Notes under the pieces: model-generated | Told to the model about the DNA's origin: nothing | The model's input: the letters and a program-made list of their open reading frames with translations, nothing else | Database searches by the model: none | Shown: piece after piece, positions 1 to 10,317 of the stretch | Layout of the letters: the number at the start of each line of letters is the position of its first letter | Numbering within the stretch: the stretch's first letter is position 1 | Assembly (NCBI GenBank): GCA_965223415.1 | Contig: OZ245002.1 | Coordinates: 4,352,001-4,416,000 of the forward strand | Reading direction: 5' to 3' | From: Myxococcota bacterium | GTDB lineage: Bacteria; Myxococcota_A; UBA9160; UBA6930 | DNA: 64,000 nucleotides | Program-made: the position numbers and the translations under genes

Positions 1-857
1 TTGTGGGAACGCTTCTCCGGCGGGATGGGGATCGTGTCGGTGACGACGAGGGAGGTGAGGGGGGAGGCCTCGATGCGCTCGACGGCCTTGCCCGAGAGCA
101 CGGGGTGGACGCAGGCGGCCTCGACGGAGGTGGCGCCCCGGTCAAGGACGAAGCGGGTCGCCTCCATCATCGTGCCGCCGCTGGCGATCTCGTCGTCGAT
201 GATCAGGGCCGTCTTGCCTTCGACGTCGCCGATCAGATTCGTCGCCTGGGCCTTTTCGTCGTCGCCGTAGCGGCGCTTGTCGACGATGGCGATCGGGAGG
301 TTCAGGCGGTTGGCGTAGTTGCCGACCTCCTTCGACTCCCCGACGTCGCCGGCGACCAGCACGTAGTCGGTGAGGTCGCGGTGGTCGCGCAGGTAGTCGC
401 AGAGGATCGGTGCCGCCAGGAGCTGGTCGGCGGGGATGCGGAAGAAACCCTGCACCTGGGGGGAGTGGAGGTCCATCGTCAGCACCCGGTGGGCGCCGGC
501 CGTCTCGAGCAGGTCGGCGATGAGCCGCGCGGTGATGGAGATCCGCGGCCGGTCCTTCTTGTCCGAGCGGGCGTAGGGGAAGTAGGGGAGGACGGCGGTG
601 ATGCGGTCGGCGGAGGCGTGCTTGAGGGCGTCGATGGTGATGAGCAGCTCGACGAGGCCGTCCGAGACCGGTGCGCAGGAGGGCTGGATGACGAACACGT
701 CCGCCCCGCGCACGTTCTCCTCGATCTGCACCATCAGGTTTTCGTTCGAGAAGCGCACCACCTCCGAGGGGCACACCTCGATGCCCAGGTGCTTGCAGAT
801 GTCCGCTGCCAGCTGGGGGTGGGCCGATCCGCCGATGACCTTGATGTCGCCGCTCAT
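1..857 (-). CDS. prs: Ribose-phosphate pyrophosphokinase (3' end runs off the window)
   Basis: Manual minus-strand translation from ATG 857 (AGGAGA upstream): MSGDIKVIGGSAHPQLAADIC...RFSNEN...PYFPYARSDKK...DLHSPQVQGFF...IIDDEIASGGT (PRPP-binding loop). Not in the ORF track because it is open at the edge. Confidence 0.95.
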   Translation of the reverse strand, partial: MSGDIKVIGGSAHPQLAADICKHLGIEVCPSEVVRFSNENLMVQIEENVRGADVFVIQPSCAPVSDGLVELLITIDALKHASADRITAVLPYFPYARSDKKDRPRISITARLIADLLETAGAHRVLTMDLHSPQVQGFFRIPADQLLAAPILCDYLRDHRDLTDYVLVAGDVGESKEVGNYANRLNLPIAIVDKRRYGDDEKAQATNLIGDVEGKTALIIDDEIASGGTMMEATRFVLDRGATSVEAACVHPVLSGKAVERIEASPLTSLVVTDTIPIPPEKRSH

Positions 858-955
858 GGCTCTCCTCGGGGTCCGGGCAAGCCTCCGGCACGAGGTCTCC
901 CCGGAAGCCCTGCGGTGATTCCGTTCTGGGCCACTCCCCCCGGAACGGTCGCAGT

Positions 956-2647
956 CTACCCGTTCCCCTTGGCCTTCGCGATCTTCGCCCAGCTGTCGCG
1001 GAGCCCGACGACGCGGTTCAGGACCGGGGTGGCGGAGGTCGCTTCCCGGTCCACGCAGAAGTAGCCGAGCCGCTCGAGCTGGAGGCGGGTGCCGGGGGCG
1101 GCTTCGGCCAGGGAGGGCTCGAGCCAGGCGGGAGACACGCGCTCGAGGGATCTCGGGTTGAGCGCCTCCCGGAAGCTCTCGTCCCGAGGGTCGGGCTCGG
1201 CGTCGGAGAAGAGCACCTCGTAGAGACGCAGCTCCGCCGCCAGGGCGTGGCGGGCCGAGACCCAGTGGATCGTGCCGCGCACCTTGCGCCCGTCCGGCGC
1301 GTCGCCGCCCCGGGTCTCCGGGTCGTAGGTGCAGCGGACCTCCACCACCTCGCCGCCTTCGTCCTTCACCACGTCGGTACAGGTGACGAGGTAGGCGTAG
1401 CGGAGCCGCACCTCCTTGCCCGGCGTCAGCCGGTGGAACTTCTTCGGCGGGTCCAGGGCGAAGTCGTCGCGCTCGATCCAGAGCTCCCGGGCGAAGGGAA
1501 CGCTGCGGCTGCCGGCCTCGGGATCCTGGGGATTGTTGATCGCCGGGAGCTCCTCCTCCGCGTCCTCCGGGTAGTTCTCGACGACCAGCTTCAGCGGCCG
1601 GATCACACCCATCGCCCGCGGCGCGACCTGGTTCAGGTGCTCGCGGATCTCGAACTCCAGCCGCGCCAGCTCGACGGTCTTCGGCTGGCGGGTGAGCCCG
1701 ACGCCGGTGCAAAAGGCCCGGATCGCCTCCGGCGTGTAGCCGCGCCGCCGCATGCCCGAGAGGGTCGGCATGCGCGGATCGTCCCAGCCGGTGACGATCC
1801 CGGCCTCGATCAGCCGGGCGAGATGGCGCTTGCTCATCACCGTGTGGGTGAGGCCCACCCGGCCGAACTCGATCTGCCGCGGCCGCGGCTCCGGGATGCC
1901 GACCTCTTCGAGGATCCAGTCGTAGAGGGGTCGGCGATCGACGAACTCGTGGCTGCAGAGCGAGTGGGTGATGCCCTCGATCGCGTCGGAAAGGCTGTGG
2001 GCGAAATCGTACATCGGGTAGATGGGCCACTCGGTGCCCGTGCGATGATGCGGCGTGTCCTGGACCCGGTAGAGGATCGGGTCGCGCATGGGCAGCACCG
2101 ACGAGGCCATGTCGATCCTGGCGCGCAGAACCCGGGTGCCCGGTGCGAACTCCCCGGCCCGCATGCGCCGGAAGAGGTCGAGGCTCTCGTCGGGGCCGCG
2201 CTCCCGGTAGGGGCTGGGTGTGCCGGGCTCGGTGAGGGTGCCCCGGCGCAGGGCGATCTCTTCGGAGCTGAGATCGCAGACGAAGGCCTTGCCCTTCTCG
2301 ATCAGGTCGCAGGCGAAGCTGTAGAGCCTCTCGAAGTAGTCGGAGGTGTAGTGGAGGTGCTCGCCCCAATCGAAGCCGAGCCAGTGGATATCCTCCATCA
2401 TCGAGTCGGCGAAGTGGGCTTCCTCGGCGGCGGGGTTCGTGTCGTCGAAGCGCAGGTGACAACGGCCGCCGAACTCCTCGGCGACGCCGAAGTTCTGGCA
2501 GATTGCCGCGGCGTGGCCGATGTGCAGGTGGCCGTTGGGCTCCGGTGGGAACCGGGTGACGATCGAGTCGTGCTTCCCCGCCAGGAGCTCCTCCCGGACG
2601 ATCTGACGGATGAAGTCCTCGGGACGTGCGTCGGTCTCGTCCGCCAT
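956..2647 (-). CDS. glnS: Glutamine--tRNA ligase
   Basis: TRFPPEPNGHLHIGH, LRFDDTNP, MSKR, GWDDPRMPTLSGMRRRG, GTIHWVS, QLERLGYF; ATG at 2647 overlaps the stop of the upstream esterase. Confidence 0.97.
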   Translation of the reverse strand: MADETDARPEDFIRQIVREELLAGKHDSIVTRFPPEPNGHLHIGHAAAICQNFGVAEEFGGRCHLRFDDTNPAAEEAHFADSMMEDIHWLGFDWGEHLHYTSDYFERLYSFACDLIEKGKAFVCDLSSEEIALRRGTLTEPGTPSPYRERGPDESLDLFRRMRAGEFAPGTRVLRARIDMASSVLPMRDPILYRVQDTPHHRTGTEWPIYPMYDFAHSLSDAIEGITHSLCSHEFVDRRPLYDWILEEVGIPEPRPRQIEFGRVGLTHTVMSKRHLARLIEAGIVTGWDDPRMPTLSGMRRRGYTPEAIRAFCTGVGLTRQPKTVELARLEFEIREHLNQVAPRAMGVIRPLKLVVENYPEDAEEELPAINNPQDPEAGSRSVPFARELWIERDDFALDPPKKFHRLTPGKEVRLRYAYLVTCTDVVKDEGGEVVEVRCTYDPETRGGDAPDGRKVRGTIHWVSARHALAAELRLYEVLFSDAEPDPRDESFREALNPRSLERVSPAWLEPSLAEAAPGTRLQLERLGYFCVDREATSATPVLNRVVGLRDSWAKIAKAKGNG

Positions 2648-4491
2648 CACTCCCCCGCGGCGACGGGGGCGGCCGACGCGCACTCGAGCGAGGTGAGGGC
2701 CTCGCGTTCGATCCGGCCCCACCCGATCATGGTCTCGGCCAGTGCGCAGCGGGCGGCGGCGTCCGGCAGACGCTCGTCCTCCGCCAGGTCCTGGGCGACG
2801 GTTCCGCTGGTCGTGACCTCTCGCGCCATCGTGAGGCCCCCCTCGGCGGTGGCGTCGAGCCGCATCCACTTCTCCCCGGCGGTGCCCGGATCCCAGGCCT
2901 TCCATTCGGGCAACACGCCGTCGCGGCCGCGGCCCGGTGCGCCGTTCGCCGCGAACGCACTCCAGTAGGAGCGCATGGCCGCGGACAGGGCCTCGCGGCC
3001 GGGCAGGTTGTCGTCGTCGAACAGGAGGCCCGTCTGGGGACCCAGGTCCCAGTGGCCGAACACGAAGGGAATCTCGAAGCCGTGGGCGGCGCCCAGCAGC
3101 TGGCCCAGATCCTTGCCGAGCACGGTCGGCTCCTCGTCCCAGTCGAAGCGATAGGCGAAGACGCGGCCGGGATGCTGGGGCGCCAGGATCTCGGCGAGCT
3201 CGTCGACGCCGATCGCCTTCCACTGGCGGCTCAGGTACTCGGCGGTCAGCAGGAAGCGGTCCGGGTCGTGGACCTGGGGCCAGAACCCGAACCACTGGGT
3301 GACGTAGTCCGGATCGAAGTAGAGGAAGAGCTTGTCCTCGTCCCGGTTGGTACCGAGGACGATCGGTACGTCGGCGTGGCCGCCCCGACGTTCGAGGGCC
3401 GCGCGGATGCTGTCGGCGGGCAGCACGACGCCGTCGGAGAAGGGCATCGGCATCTCGTACATGCCGATGCCGCCTTCGTCGTAGCTCCTGAGCAGATCCA
3501 CCGGCTCCTGCCCGCGAAGGAAGGAGGCGATCTCCGTCGGCTTCATGCCGGCGAGCGCGGTCTTCGCCTGCTCCCGGTCGTCGGCGAGCCCCTGGGCCTC
3601 CAGGCGGTCCAGCACGATCTCCGTGCTGCTCCGGGGATGGCCCTGCGGCTCCGCGTCGATCGCGTTCTCGCCCCAGGACGGCTCCCGGGTCCAGGTGCCG
3701 CCGCTCTGCACGATGGCGCGGTGGAACAGGCCGCGGGCCACCGGCGAGGTGTAGAGCATGAGCACGTTGTGCCCGCCGGCGGACTCACCGAAGATCGTGA
3801 CGTTGTCCGGATCCCCGCCGAACGCCGCGATGTGGTCGCGCACCCAGGCGAGGGCCGTCGCCAGATCGAGGAGGGCGAAGTTCCCGGACTGCTCCTCCGG
3901 GCTGGCGCCGTCGCGCAGCGAGGCGTGGCGGAACCACCCGAAGGGTCCGAGCCGGTAGTTCACCGTCACCACCACCACGTCCTCGTCCGCCGCGAGCCGA
4001 CCGCCGTCGTAGAAGGCCGAGGTGCCGATGGTGTTGCCGCCCCCGTGGATCCAGAACAGCACCGGTCGGCGGGGGCCCGTGGCGGCGCCCTCCTGGCGCG
4101 GGGCGTAGACGTTGAGGAACAGGCAGTCCTCGTCGCCGACCGGTTCGCCCGGATCCGCCGAGAGGTCGCCCCCCAGCTCGCTGGCGAACTGCACGCAGGA
4201 GGCGCCGAAGGCGAGTGCCTCCCGGGGCTCGCTCCAGGTGGGATGGGCCCGCGGCGCCCGCCAGCGCAGGGAGCCCACCGGAGCCTGGGCGTAGGGCACG
4301 CCCAACCAGGCATGGGAGCCGTAGGGGCTCGTGAACCCGACGACGGGGCCGCTCGGCGTCTCCCGCAGCGACGTGAAGTCGGCGCCGGCCCGAGGCGCCG
4401 GTCCGGAGCCGCAGGCGAGGGCCGCGAGCGACATCCCCCCGAGCGCCCCGACCGCAACCCAACGCGTCGCGAGTCGCATGACGAGCCCCAT
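2647..4491 (-). CDS. Type-B carboxylesterase family protein, probable lipoprotein
   Basis: EDCLFLNV, WIHGGG, FGGDPDNVTIFGESAGG catalytic Ser motif, AAHGFEI; LAALAC lipobox-like; GGAGG upstream. Confidence 0.92.
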   Translation of the reverse strand: MGLVMRLATRWVAVGALGGMSLAALACGSGPAPRAGADFTSLRETPSGPVVGFTSPYGSHAWLGVPYAQAPVGSLRWRAPRAHPTWSEPREALAFGASCVQFASELGGDLSADPGEPVGDEDCLFLNVYAPRQEGAATGPRRPVLFWIHGGGNTIGTSAFYDGGRLAADEDVVVVTVNYRLGPFGWFRHASLRDGASPEEQSGNFALLDLATALAWVRDHIAAFGGDPDNVTIFGESAGGHNVLMLYTSPVARGLFHRAIVQSGGTWTREPSWGENAIDAEPQGHPRSSTEIVLDRLEAQGLADDREQAKTALAGMKPTEIASFLRGQEPVDLLRSYDEGGIGMYEMPMPFSDGVVLPADSIRAALERRGGHADVPIVLGTNRDEDKLFLYFDPDYVTQWFGFWPQVHDPDRFLLTAEYLSRQWKAIGVDELAEILAPQHPGRVFAYRFDWDEEPTVLGKDLGQLLGAAHGFEIPFVFGHWDLGPQTGLLFDDDNLPGREALSAAMRSYWSAFAANGAPGRGRDGVLPEWKAWDPGTAGEKWMRLDATAEGGLTMAREVTTSGTVAQDLAEDERLPDAAARCALAETMIGWGRIEREALTSLECASAAPVAAGE

Positions 4492-4587
4492 CTCTACCTC
4501 CGGCGCGCGAAGCCGCGGAGGATAGCCAGGGAGCCCACCGGGCGCTCCGGCCCTTCCGGGCCAGAGCGCGTCGGCGACGCGTCCGGT

Positions 4588-5004
4588 TCAGAGCTCGTCG
4601 ACGCGTCCGGACAAGACGGCGCGCTCCTCGCCCTCCATGTCCTCCCGGAGCAGCGCGAGGAAGGTGCGCAGCTCCTGGATCACGAGTCGGCTGGGCCGGG
4701 AGGCGTGCTCCAATCGGCCGAGCACGTACTCGAAGAGGAGACGCTGCTCCCGGTGCTCCTCCTCGATGGCCACGGCCTCGTCCTCGCCGAGGGTCTCGCG
4801 GACCCACGGCACCAGGTGCCGGTCCTCGAGATCCAGGTGGCGGGCGAGCTGCTCGTTCAGGTGGAGGCCCCGCTCCCGGACCCGGCGCAGGGAGACCGCG
4901 TCCCCTCGCCGGGCCTGTTCGAGAGTGCTCTCCAGCTCGCCCAGGGTCTCGCGGATGGCCGCGTGGTCCGCCCGCACCCGGTCGTGGATGGCCTCCGGCT
5001 TCAT
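4588..5004 (-). CDS. Hemerythrin-like (HHE) domain protein
   Basis: ADH...RHLDLED...EEEH...DMEGEE helical metal-ligand pattern; start taken at ATG 5004. Confidence 0.7.
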   Translation of the reverse strand: MKPEAIHDRVRADHAAIRETLGELESTLEQARRGDAVSLRRVRERGLHLNEQLARHLDLEDRHLVPWVRETLGEDEAVAIEEEHREQRLLFEYVLGRLEHASRPSRLVIQELRTFLALLREDMEGEERAVLSGRVDEL

Positions 5005-5201
5005 GCCCGGTCCAGCACGCAAGCCTCGTGCCCTTTGATGGGGCAGCCCAGGAGCCCCCAGGAGCGTCGGCGGGGCGCGGTGCACCAGCGGGTCGCGACT
5101 TGACCCAGCGGCGGATTTCGAGGCATCCTGCGGCTCCCCGAAGGGGTGCGGGCCCAAATCACCGCGCTCTGACACACCGTCCTCGGAGAGGTCCCGATTC
5201 C

Positions 5202-7556
5202 ATGCCCTTGCGCGCTGCCGTCCTTCTCCTCGCTCTGTCCCCCGTGGTGCTCGGTGGGCCGAACTGTGCCCCGCCCACCACGGGGCCGGACACGACCTTC
5301 CCGGGCTACGCGGTGCTCCAGCTCTCCGCCTTCGGGCCCACCAGCGTGGAAGACCAGCTTCGCCTGGCCGCCCAGACCGTCGACCCGGGCACGATCATCG
5401 AGCTGCCGGCCGGTACGTTCCCGTTCGCCGGGGGCGTCACCTTCGACACCTCCCACGTGACGATCCGCGGCCAGGGCATCGACGTCACGATCCTCGATTT
5501 CTCGGGCGCCTCGACGCCCCAGGGCATCCTCGGGCGGGGCGATCACTTCGCGGTGCAGGACTTCACGGTCCTCGATCCCCCGGGCGACGGCATCAAGACC
5601 GAGTTCGTCGACGGGGCGGTCTTCGAGCGGGTGAAGGTGGAGTGGCCGAGCGGCCCCGATCCGAACAACGGCGCCTACGGCATCTACCCGGCCCAGAACG
5701 ACAACGTCCTGATCGACGGCGTGATCGTGCGCGGCGCGATCGACGCGGGCATCTACGTCGGCCAGAGCCGCAACGTGATCGTCCGCAACTGCGTCGCCTA
5801 CGAGAACGTGCTCGGCATCGAGATCGAGAACACGATCGGCGCCGACACCTACGACAACCTCACCTACGACAACACCGCCGGCATCGTGGCCTTCAACCTG
5901 GTGGGCCTGCAGCCGCCGGACCAGAACCGATTCTTCAACAACACGATGCGAGACAACAACACGCCCAACTTCGCGGCCGGCGGCATCCTCTCGAGCGTTC
6001 CCGGCGGCACGGGCATGCTCGTGATCGGCAACAAGAACCTCGAGATCTTCAACAACACCTTCGACAACAACGAGACGGTGAACCTCTTCGTCTCGAGCAT
6101 GCACATCGCGGACTTCCCGAACCTGAATCCGACCTACCCGCCGGGCTACGACCCCTACGCCGAGGGCATCTACATTCACGACAACGTGATGACCGGCGGC
6201 GGCAACCTGCCCCAGGGCCAGCTCGGCAACCTGGTGTCGCTGGCCCTGGGCTCCCCGGCGCCGGACATCGCCATCGGCGGCTATGCGAACCCGGCCCACA
6301 TCCCGAACCTCGATCCGAACCAGCCCATCGCGAACCAGCTGCCGACCCACCTCAAGATCTGCATCCAGAACAACACCATCGACACCGCGTTCGGCAGCAT
6401 CAACGGCTTCAGCGTGCAGGGGCCTCAGTTCGATCCCACGCCCCACGATTGCGCCCAGGCGCCGCTTCCCGCGATCACCCTGCCGACGCCGCCTCCGCCG
6501 CCGACCACCGGCGGCTTCACGCCGGCGGAGATCGACGCCTTCTGCAACGACGGCGAGCAGGGCATCAACTGGGACGCACTGGCCAACGTGAACTGCCCGG
6601 ACCTGGCGGCCTACCGGCTCTTCCCGACCGGCGATCCCCGCGACGCCCAGGTCGGCGGCCTGCCCTACGAGCTGAACACGCCGCTCTTCTCTGACTACGC
6701 GGTGAAGCACCGGCAGATCTTCCTGCCGCCCGGCACCGCGATGTCCTACGACGACACCGACTTCCTGGGCTTTCCCCTCGGCACGGTGATCGCCAAGAGC
6801 TTCGGCTTCCGCGATCCGACGGCTTCTCCGCCGCGGGAGGTGCTGATCGAGACCCGGCTCCTGGTGCTGCGGGCGAACGGCTGGGTCGGGCTCCCGTACG
6901 TCTGGGACGTCACCGAGACGGTCGCGACTTACACGCCCCAGGGCGCGTCGGTGAACACGAACCTGCTCACCGACGACGACGTGCTGGTCAATACGGACTA
7001 CGGCGTGCCGTCGCGCACCGACTGCGGGCAGTGCCACTTCACGGGCTCGGGAGGCGACGTGCCGATCGGCCCCACCGTGCGCAACCTGAACCGCCTGGAG
7101 CCCTTCGGCACGCGCAACCAGCTCGACCTGTGGACCGACGAGGGCGTGCTCCTCTATGCCCCGCCTTCCGCTCAGGCACCGCTCCTGCCCGTCTGGAACC
7201 AGCCGAGCACGGGAACCGTCGCCGAGCGCGCCCGAGCCTACCTCGAAGAGAACTGCGCTCACTGCCACAACCCGAACGGTCGGGCCAGCTCCACGCAGCT
7301 GTGGCTCGAGCACGACCGGCCCCTCGGCCTGAACGTCGGCCTGTGCAAGCAGCCGATCGCCGCCGGCCCGGGGAAGCTCGGGCTCACCTACGACATCGAG
7401 CCCGGCGCCCCGGACAGCTCGATCCTCGTTCGGCGCATGGACGACCTGCGGCCCGCGGTCATGATGCCGGAGATCGAGAAGAGCCTGATCCACGATGCCG
7501 GCGTCGCGCTGGTGACCCAGTGGGTGGAGGAGATGAACCTGCCGGCCTGTCCGTGA
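5202..7556 (+). CDS. Secreted parallel beta-helix protein fused to an SO2930-like diheme c-type cytochrome domain
   Basis: Signal peptide; NGAYGIYP, DAGIYVGQS, GIEIEN beta-helix repeats; Pro/Thr linker; YELNTPLFSDYAVKHR, IETRLL; CGQCH and CAHCH heme motifs; C-terminal MMPEI. Confidence 0.85.
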   Translation: MPLRAAVLLLALSPVVLGGPNCAPPTTGPDTTFPGYAVLQLSAFGPTSVEDQLRLAAQTVDPGTIIELPAGTFPFAGGVTFDTSHVTIRGQGIDVTILDFSGASTPQGILGRGDHFAVQDFTVLDPPGDGIKTEFVDGAVFERVKVEWPSGPDPNNGAYGIYPAQNDNVLIDGVIVRGAIDAGIYVGQSRNVIVRNCVAYENVLGIEIENTIGADTYDNLTYDNTAGIVAFNLVGLQPPDQNRFFNNTMRDNNTPNFAAGGILSSVPGGTGMLVIGNKNLEIFNNTFDNNETVNLFVSSMHIADFPNLNPTYPPGYDPYAEGIYIHDNVMTGGGNLPQGQLGNLVSLALGSPAPDIAIGGYANPAHIPNLDPNQPIANQLPTHLKICIQNNTIDTAFGSINGFSVQGPQFDPTPHDCAQAPLPAITLPTPPPPPTTGGFTPAEIDAFCNDGEQGINWDALANVNCPDLAAYRLFPTGDPRDAQVGGLPYELNTPLFSDYAVKHRQIFLPPGTAMSYDDTDFLGFPLGTVIAKSFGFRDPTASPPREVLIETRLLVLRANGWVGLPYVWDVTETVATYTPQGASVNTNLLTDDDVLVNTDYGVPSRTDCGQCHFTGSGGDVPIGPTVRNLNRLEPFGTRNQLDLWTDEGVLLYAPPSAQAPLLPVWNQPSTGTVAERARAYLEENCAHCHNPNGRASSTQLWLEHDRPLGLNVGLCKQPIAAGPGKLGLTYDIEPGAPDSSILVRRMDDLRPAVMMPEIEKSLIHDAGVALVTQWVEEMNLPACP

Positions 7557-7599
7557 TCTCCGGGCCGGGCCGTGGGCAGCCCGCGGCCCGACAGCCGTC

Positions 7600-8457
7600 C
7601 TATCCGCCCGCCATCCTGCGGTTCGCCGCGATGGCGGCGGACAGGAACGTCTCGAGTCTCGTCGCCTGCTCGTCAGCCCCCGGCTCCCGGACGATCGTCC
7701 GGCCCCGAAGGATCGCGCCGGTCCACCCCTGGGTGTGCCAGACCCCGCCCCCGGAGAGGTCGGCGAGCTCCGGGCTCGCCGCGCCGGGCCAGTGGTTCAC
7801 GTACCAGTAGGGCTCGTCGTAGATCTCGTCGCCCGGGGAGAGCCCGACGCCGACGGTCCGGGTGGCCGCCCCCGAGGAGTCCTTCGCCAGCTCGAGCAGC
7901 AGAGCCAGGTCGAAGTGGTGGGGCCAGCAGCGCACCGGAGTCGCCTCGTCCGGGTGCCGGGCGGCGAGGAGGCGCAGGGTGTCGTCGGCGACGTCGAACC
8001 AGCGGGCCAGCTCGGCCAGGGCGCCCGGCTCGGGGTCGAAGGGCGCGCCCTCTCCGGCGGCATGGGCCGGCATGTCGTAGCCCGGATGGACGAGCTTGAG
8101 GTCGACCGCGCCACGGGTCCAGGTCCGGGCCCAGCCCGCGGCGAGAGCGTAGGCGTCGTCGACGGTCGAGCCGACGAGCGCCTGCTCCTCCCGGATCGCG
8201 CCCTGGGCGTCGAGCAGCAGCAGGTGGAGGTCTGCGATGCGAAGCGCAAGCCGGAAGGGGTGGGCGCCGGGCACCAGATCGCCGGCCAGGGCTGCCTGGG
8301 CGCGAATCCACTCCAGGTTCGTGTGACTCGTGTCCGGGACGGGCGCGAGGAAGCGCTCGCCCGCGGCCGCGAGGGCCTGGGCGGCCCAATGGGCCTGGAG
8401 CCGGGCGTCGGTGAGCGCCGCCGGCGGTACGGTGCCGAGGCGCGAACGGCCGATCAC
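7600..8457 (-). CDS. Conserved hypothetical protein (DUF5996-like)
   Basis: DARLQAHWAAQ, CWPHHFDLA, GLSPGD...EPYWYV; GTG start overlaps the upstream stop. Confidence 0.6.
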   Translation of the reverse strand: MIGRSRLGTVPPAALTDARLQAHWAAQALAAAGERFLAPVPDTSHTNLEWIRAQAALAGDLVPGAHPFRLALRIADLHLLLLDAQGAIREEQALVGSTVDDAYALAAGWARTWTRGAVDLKLVHPGYDMPAHAAGEGAPFDPEPGALAELARWFDVADDTLRLLAARHPDEATPVRCWPHHFDLALLLELAKDSSGAATRTVGVGLSPGDEIYDEPYWYVNHWPGAASPELADLSGGGVWHTQGWTGAILRGRTIVREPGADEQATRLETFLSAAIAANRRMAGG

Positions 8458-10091
8458 GGGGTCCCTCCTTCCTGGCGCACGCCGGCGAAGGGGACGCCGG
8501 TAAGATCGGCGACCTCCCGCTTCCAGCTCGTGAGGTCGTCGACCGAGAAGTCGCCCAGCTGGTGGTGGCCGCAGGCGCGGGCGAGCACGCACATCAGCTC
8601 GGTGGCAGATCGCAGGAAGCGCTCGAGGCGAAGCGCGGCCGCGCCGATCTGCAGGCGGGCCCGCAACTGCTCCTTCTGGGTGGCGATGCCGACCGGGCAG
8701 TTATTGGTGTGGCAGGCGCGCATGCCGAGGCAGCCGATGGCCTGGAGCGCGGCGTTGGAGAGTCCGATCCCGTCGGCGCCGAGGGCGAGGGCCTTCACGA
8801 AGTCCGAGGGGACGCGCAGCCCGCCGGTCACGAGCAGGGTGACGTCCCGAGCGCCGCGCGCGTCCAGGTGCCGGCGCGCGCGAGCCAGGGCCGGCAGGGT
8901 CGGCACGGAGATGTTGTTGCGGAAGAGCAGCGGCGCGGCCCCGGTGCCGCCGCCGCGGCCGTCGAGGATCACGTAGTCGGCGCCCGCTTCGAGGGCAGCG
9001 TCCAGGTCCTTCTCCACGTGCTGGGCCGAGAGCTTGAAGCCGATGGGAACGCCGCCGGTGGCCTCGCGCACGTCTTCGGCGAAGCGGCGGAAGTCCTCCA
9101 CGTGCTGCCACTCGGGGAAGCGCGCCGGGGAGATCGCGGCCGTGCCCTCCGGCAGGCCGCGAACCTCGGCGATCTTCCCGTGCACCTTGTGGCCCGGCAG
9201 GTGGCCGCCCGTCCCGGTCTTCGCGCCCTGGCCGCACTTGAAGTGGAAGGCCTGCACCTCGGCGAGCTTGTCCAGGGCGAAGCCGAAACGCGCCGAGGCC
9301 AGCTCGTAGAGGTAGCGGGAGCTCTCGGCCCGCTCTTCCGGCAGCATGCCGCCCTCGCCGGAGCAGATGCCACTGCCCGCCCGCTCGGCGCCGCGCGCCA
9401 ACGCCACCTTCGCCTCGAAGGAGAGCGCGCCGAAGCTCATGTCCGAGACGAAGAGCGGGATGTCGAGGCGGAGGGGCCTCTTCGCTCGCGGTCCGATCAC
9501 GAGCTCGGTGCCGACCGGCTCTTCGTCGAGAAGCGGCACACGGTGCAGCTGCGCGGTCAGGAGCTGGAGATCCTCCCAGCCCGGCAGCTCATGGCGCGGT
9601 ACGCCCATCGCCTGCACCCGCCCGTGATGGCCGGCCTTCTCCAGGCCGCGCTCGGCCATCTCCTGGATCCAGTGGGTGAACGGCTCGTCCGGGGTGCCGT
9701 GCGGATCGGCGAAGGCGCCCTGGTAGGCGGCGCGGTCGTAGGGCTGGGGATGCTCACGTTCCCAAGCGTCGATTTCCTCCGCGTCCACCCACACCCGGCC
9801 CTCTTCCTGCCAGGCGCCGAAGCGGTGGAGCCGCTCCTCGTTGGCGTAGGAGCTGACACCGGTCTTGTAGCAGTAGTCCCAGTCGTGCAGGCCGCAGATC
9901 AGGTTGTGGCCCCGCAGCTCACCGTCCGCCAGCAGGGCGCCCCGATGGAGGCATCGCCCGTACAGGACGGAGACCTGGCTCGGATCCTCCGGCCAGCGCA
10001 CCACCACCAGGTCGACCCCGGCCACCAGGGCGTGGGCGACCTGGCCCAGGGCGAGATCCTCGAGCTCGGTGACGGCGACGGGGCGGGGCAT
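8454..10091 (-). CDS. Rieske [2Fe-2S] domain fused to FMN-binding glutamate synthase-like domain
   Basis: CLH...CGLH Rieske ligands; MSFGALS, SGEGG, KCGQGAKTGTGGHLPG, DGRGGGTGA, CLGMRACHTNNCPVGIATQ [3Fe-4S] motif. Confidence 0.9.
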   Translation of the reverse strand: MPRPVAVTELEDLALGQVAHALVAGVDLVVVRWPEDPSQVSVLYGRCLHRGALLADGELRGHNLICGLHDWDYCYKTGVSSYANEERLHRFGAWQEEGRVWVDAEEIDAWEREHPQPYDRAAYQGAFADPHGTPDEPFTHWIQEMAERGLEKAGHHGRVQAMGVPRHELPGWEDLQLLTAQLHRVPLLDEEPVGTELVIGPRAKRPLRLDIPLFVSDMSFGALSFEAKVALARGAERAGSGICSGEGGMLPEERAESSRYLYELASARFGFALDKLAEVQAFHFKCGQGAKTGTGGHLPGHKVHGKIAEVRGLPEGTAAISPARFPEWQHVEDFRRFAEDVREATGGVPIGFKLSAQHVEKDLDAALEAGADYVILDGRGGGTGAAPLLFRNNISVPTLPALARARRHLDARGARDVTLLVTGGLRVPSDFVKALALGADGIGLSNAALQAIGCLGMRACHTNNCPVGIATQKEQLRARLQIGAAALRLERFLRSATELMCVLARACGHHQLGDFSVDDLTSWKREVADLTGVPFAGVRQEGGTP

Positions 10092-10317
10092 GGGCTTTCT
10101 CCTCCCGCAGGGGATGCTGCTCGAGACGGCAGGTCACCGGCAAATCCCCGCGGGGCCGCGAAACCTGACGCTCCCAGGAGGAAAAGAGTTACCTCGGACG
10201 GAAGGTTGATCACTCACCAAGCCGATGACACCATGGGGCTTCCGCGCCTTCGAAGCCCCTGCTGCTTTTCGTCCCACCTCTCCGCCGAGACGCGGTCCCC
10301 CGAAAGGTCCCTCCCCG

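Noticed and set aside
956..3295. N-terminally extended 779-aa GlnRS and similar upstream extensions in the ORF track
   Set aside because: The extensions overlap neighbouring genes in another frame; real starts are at the overlapping stop/start junctions
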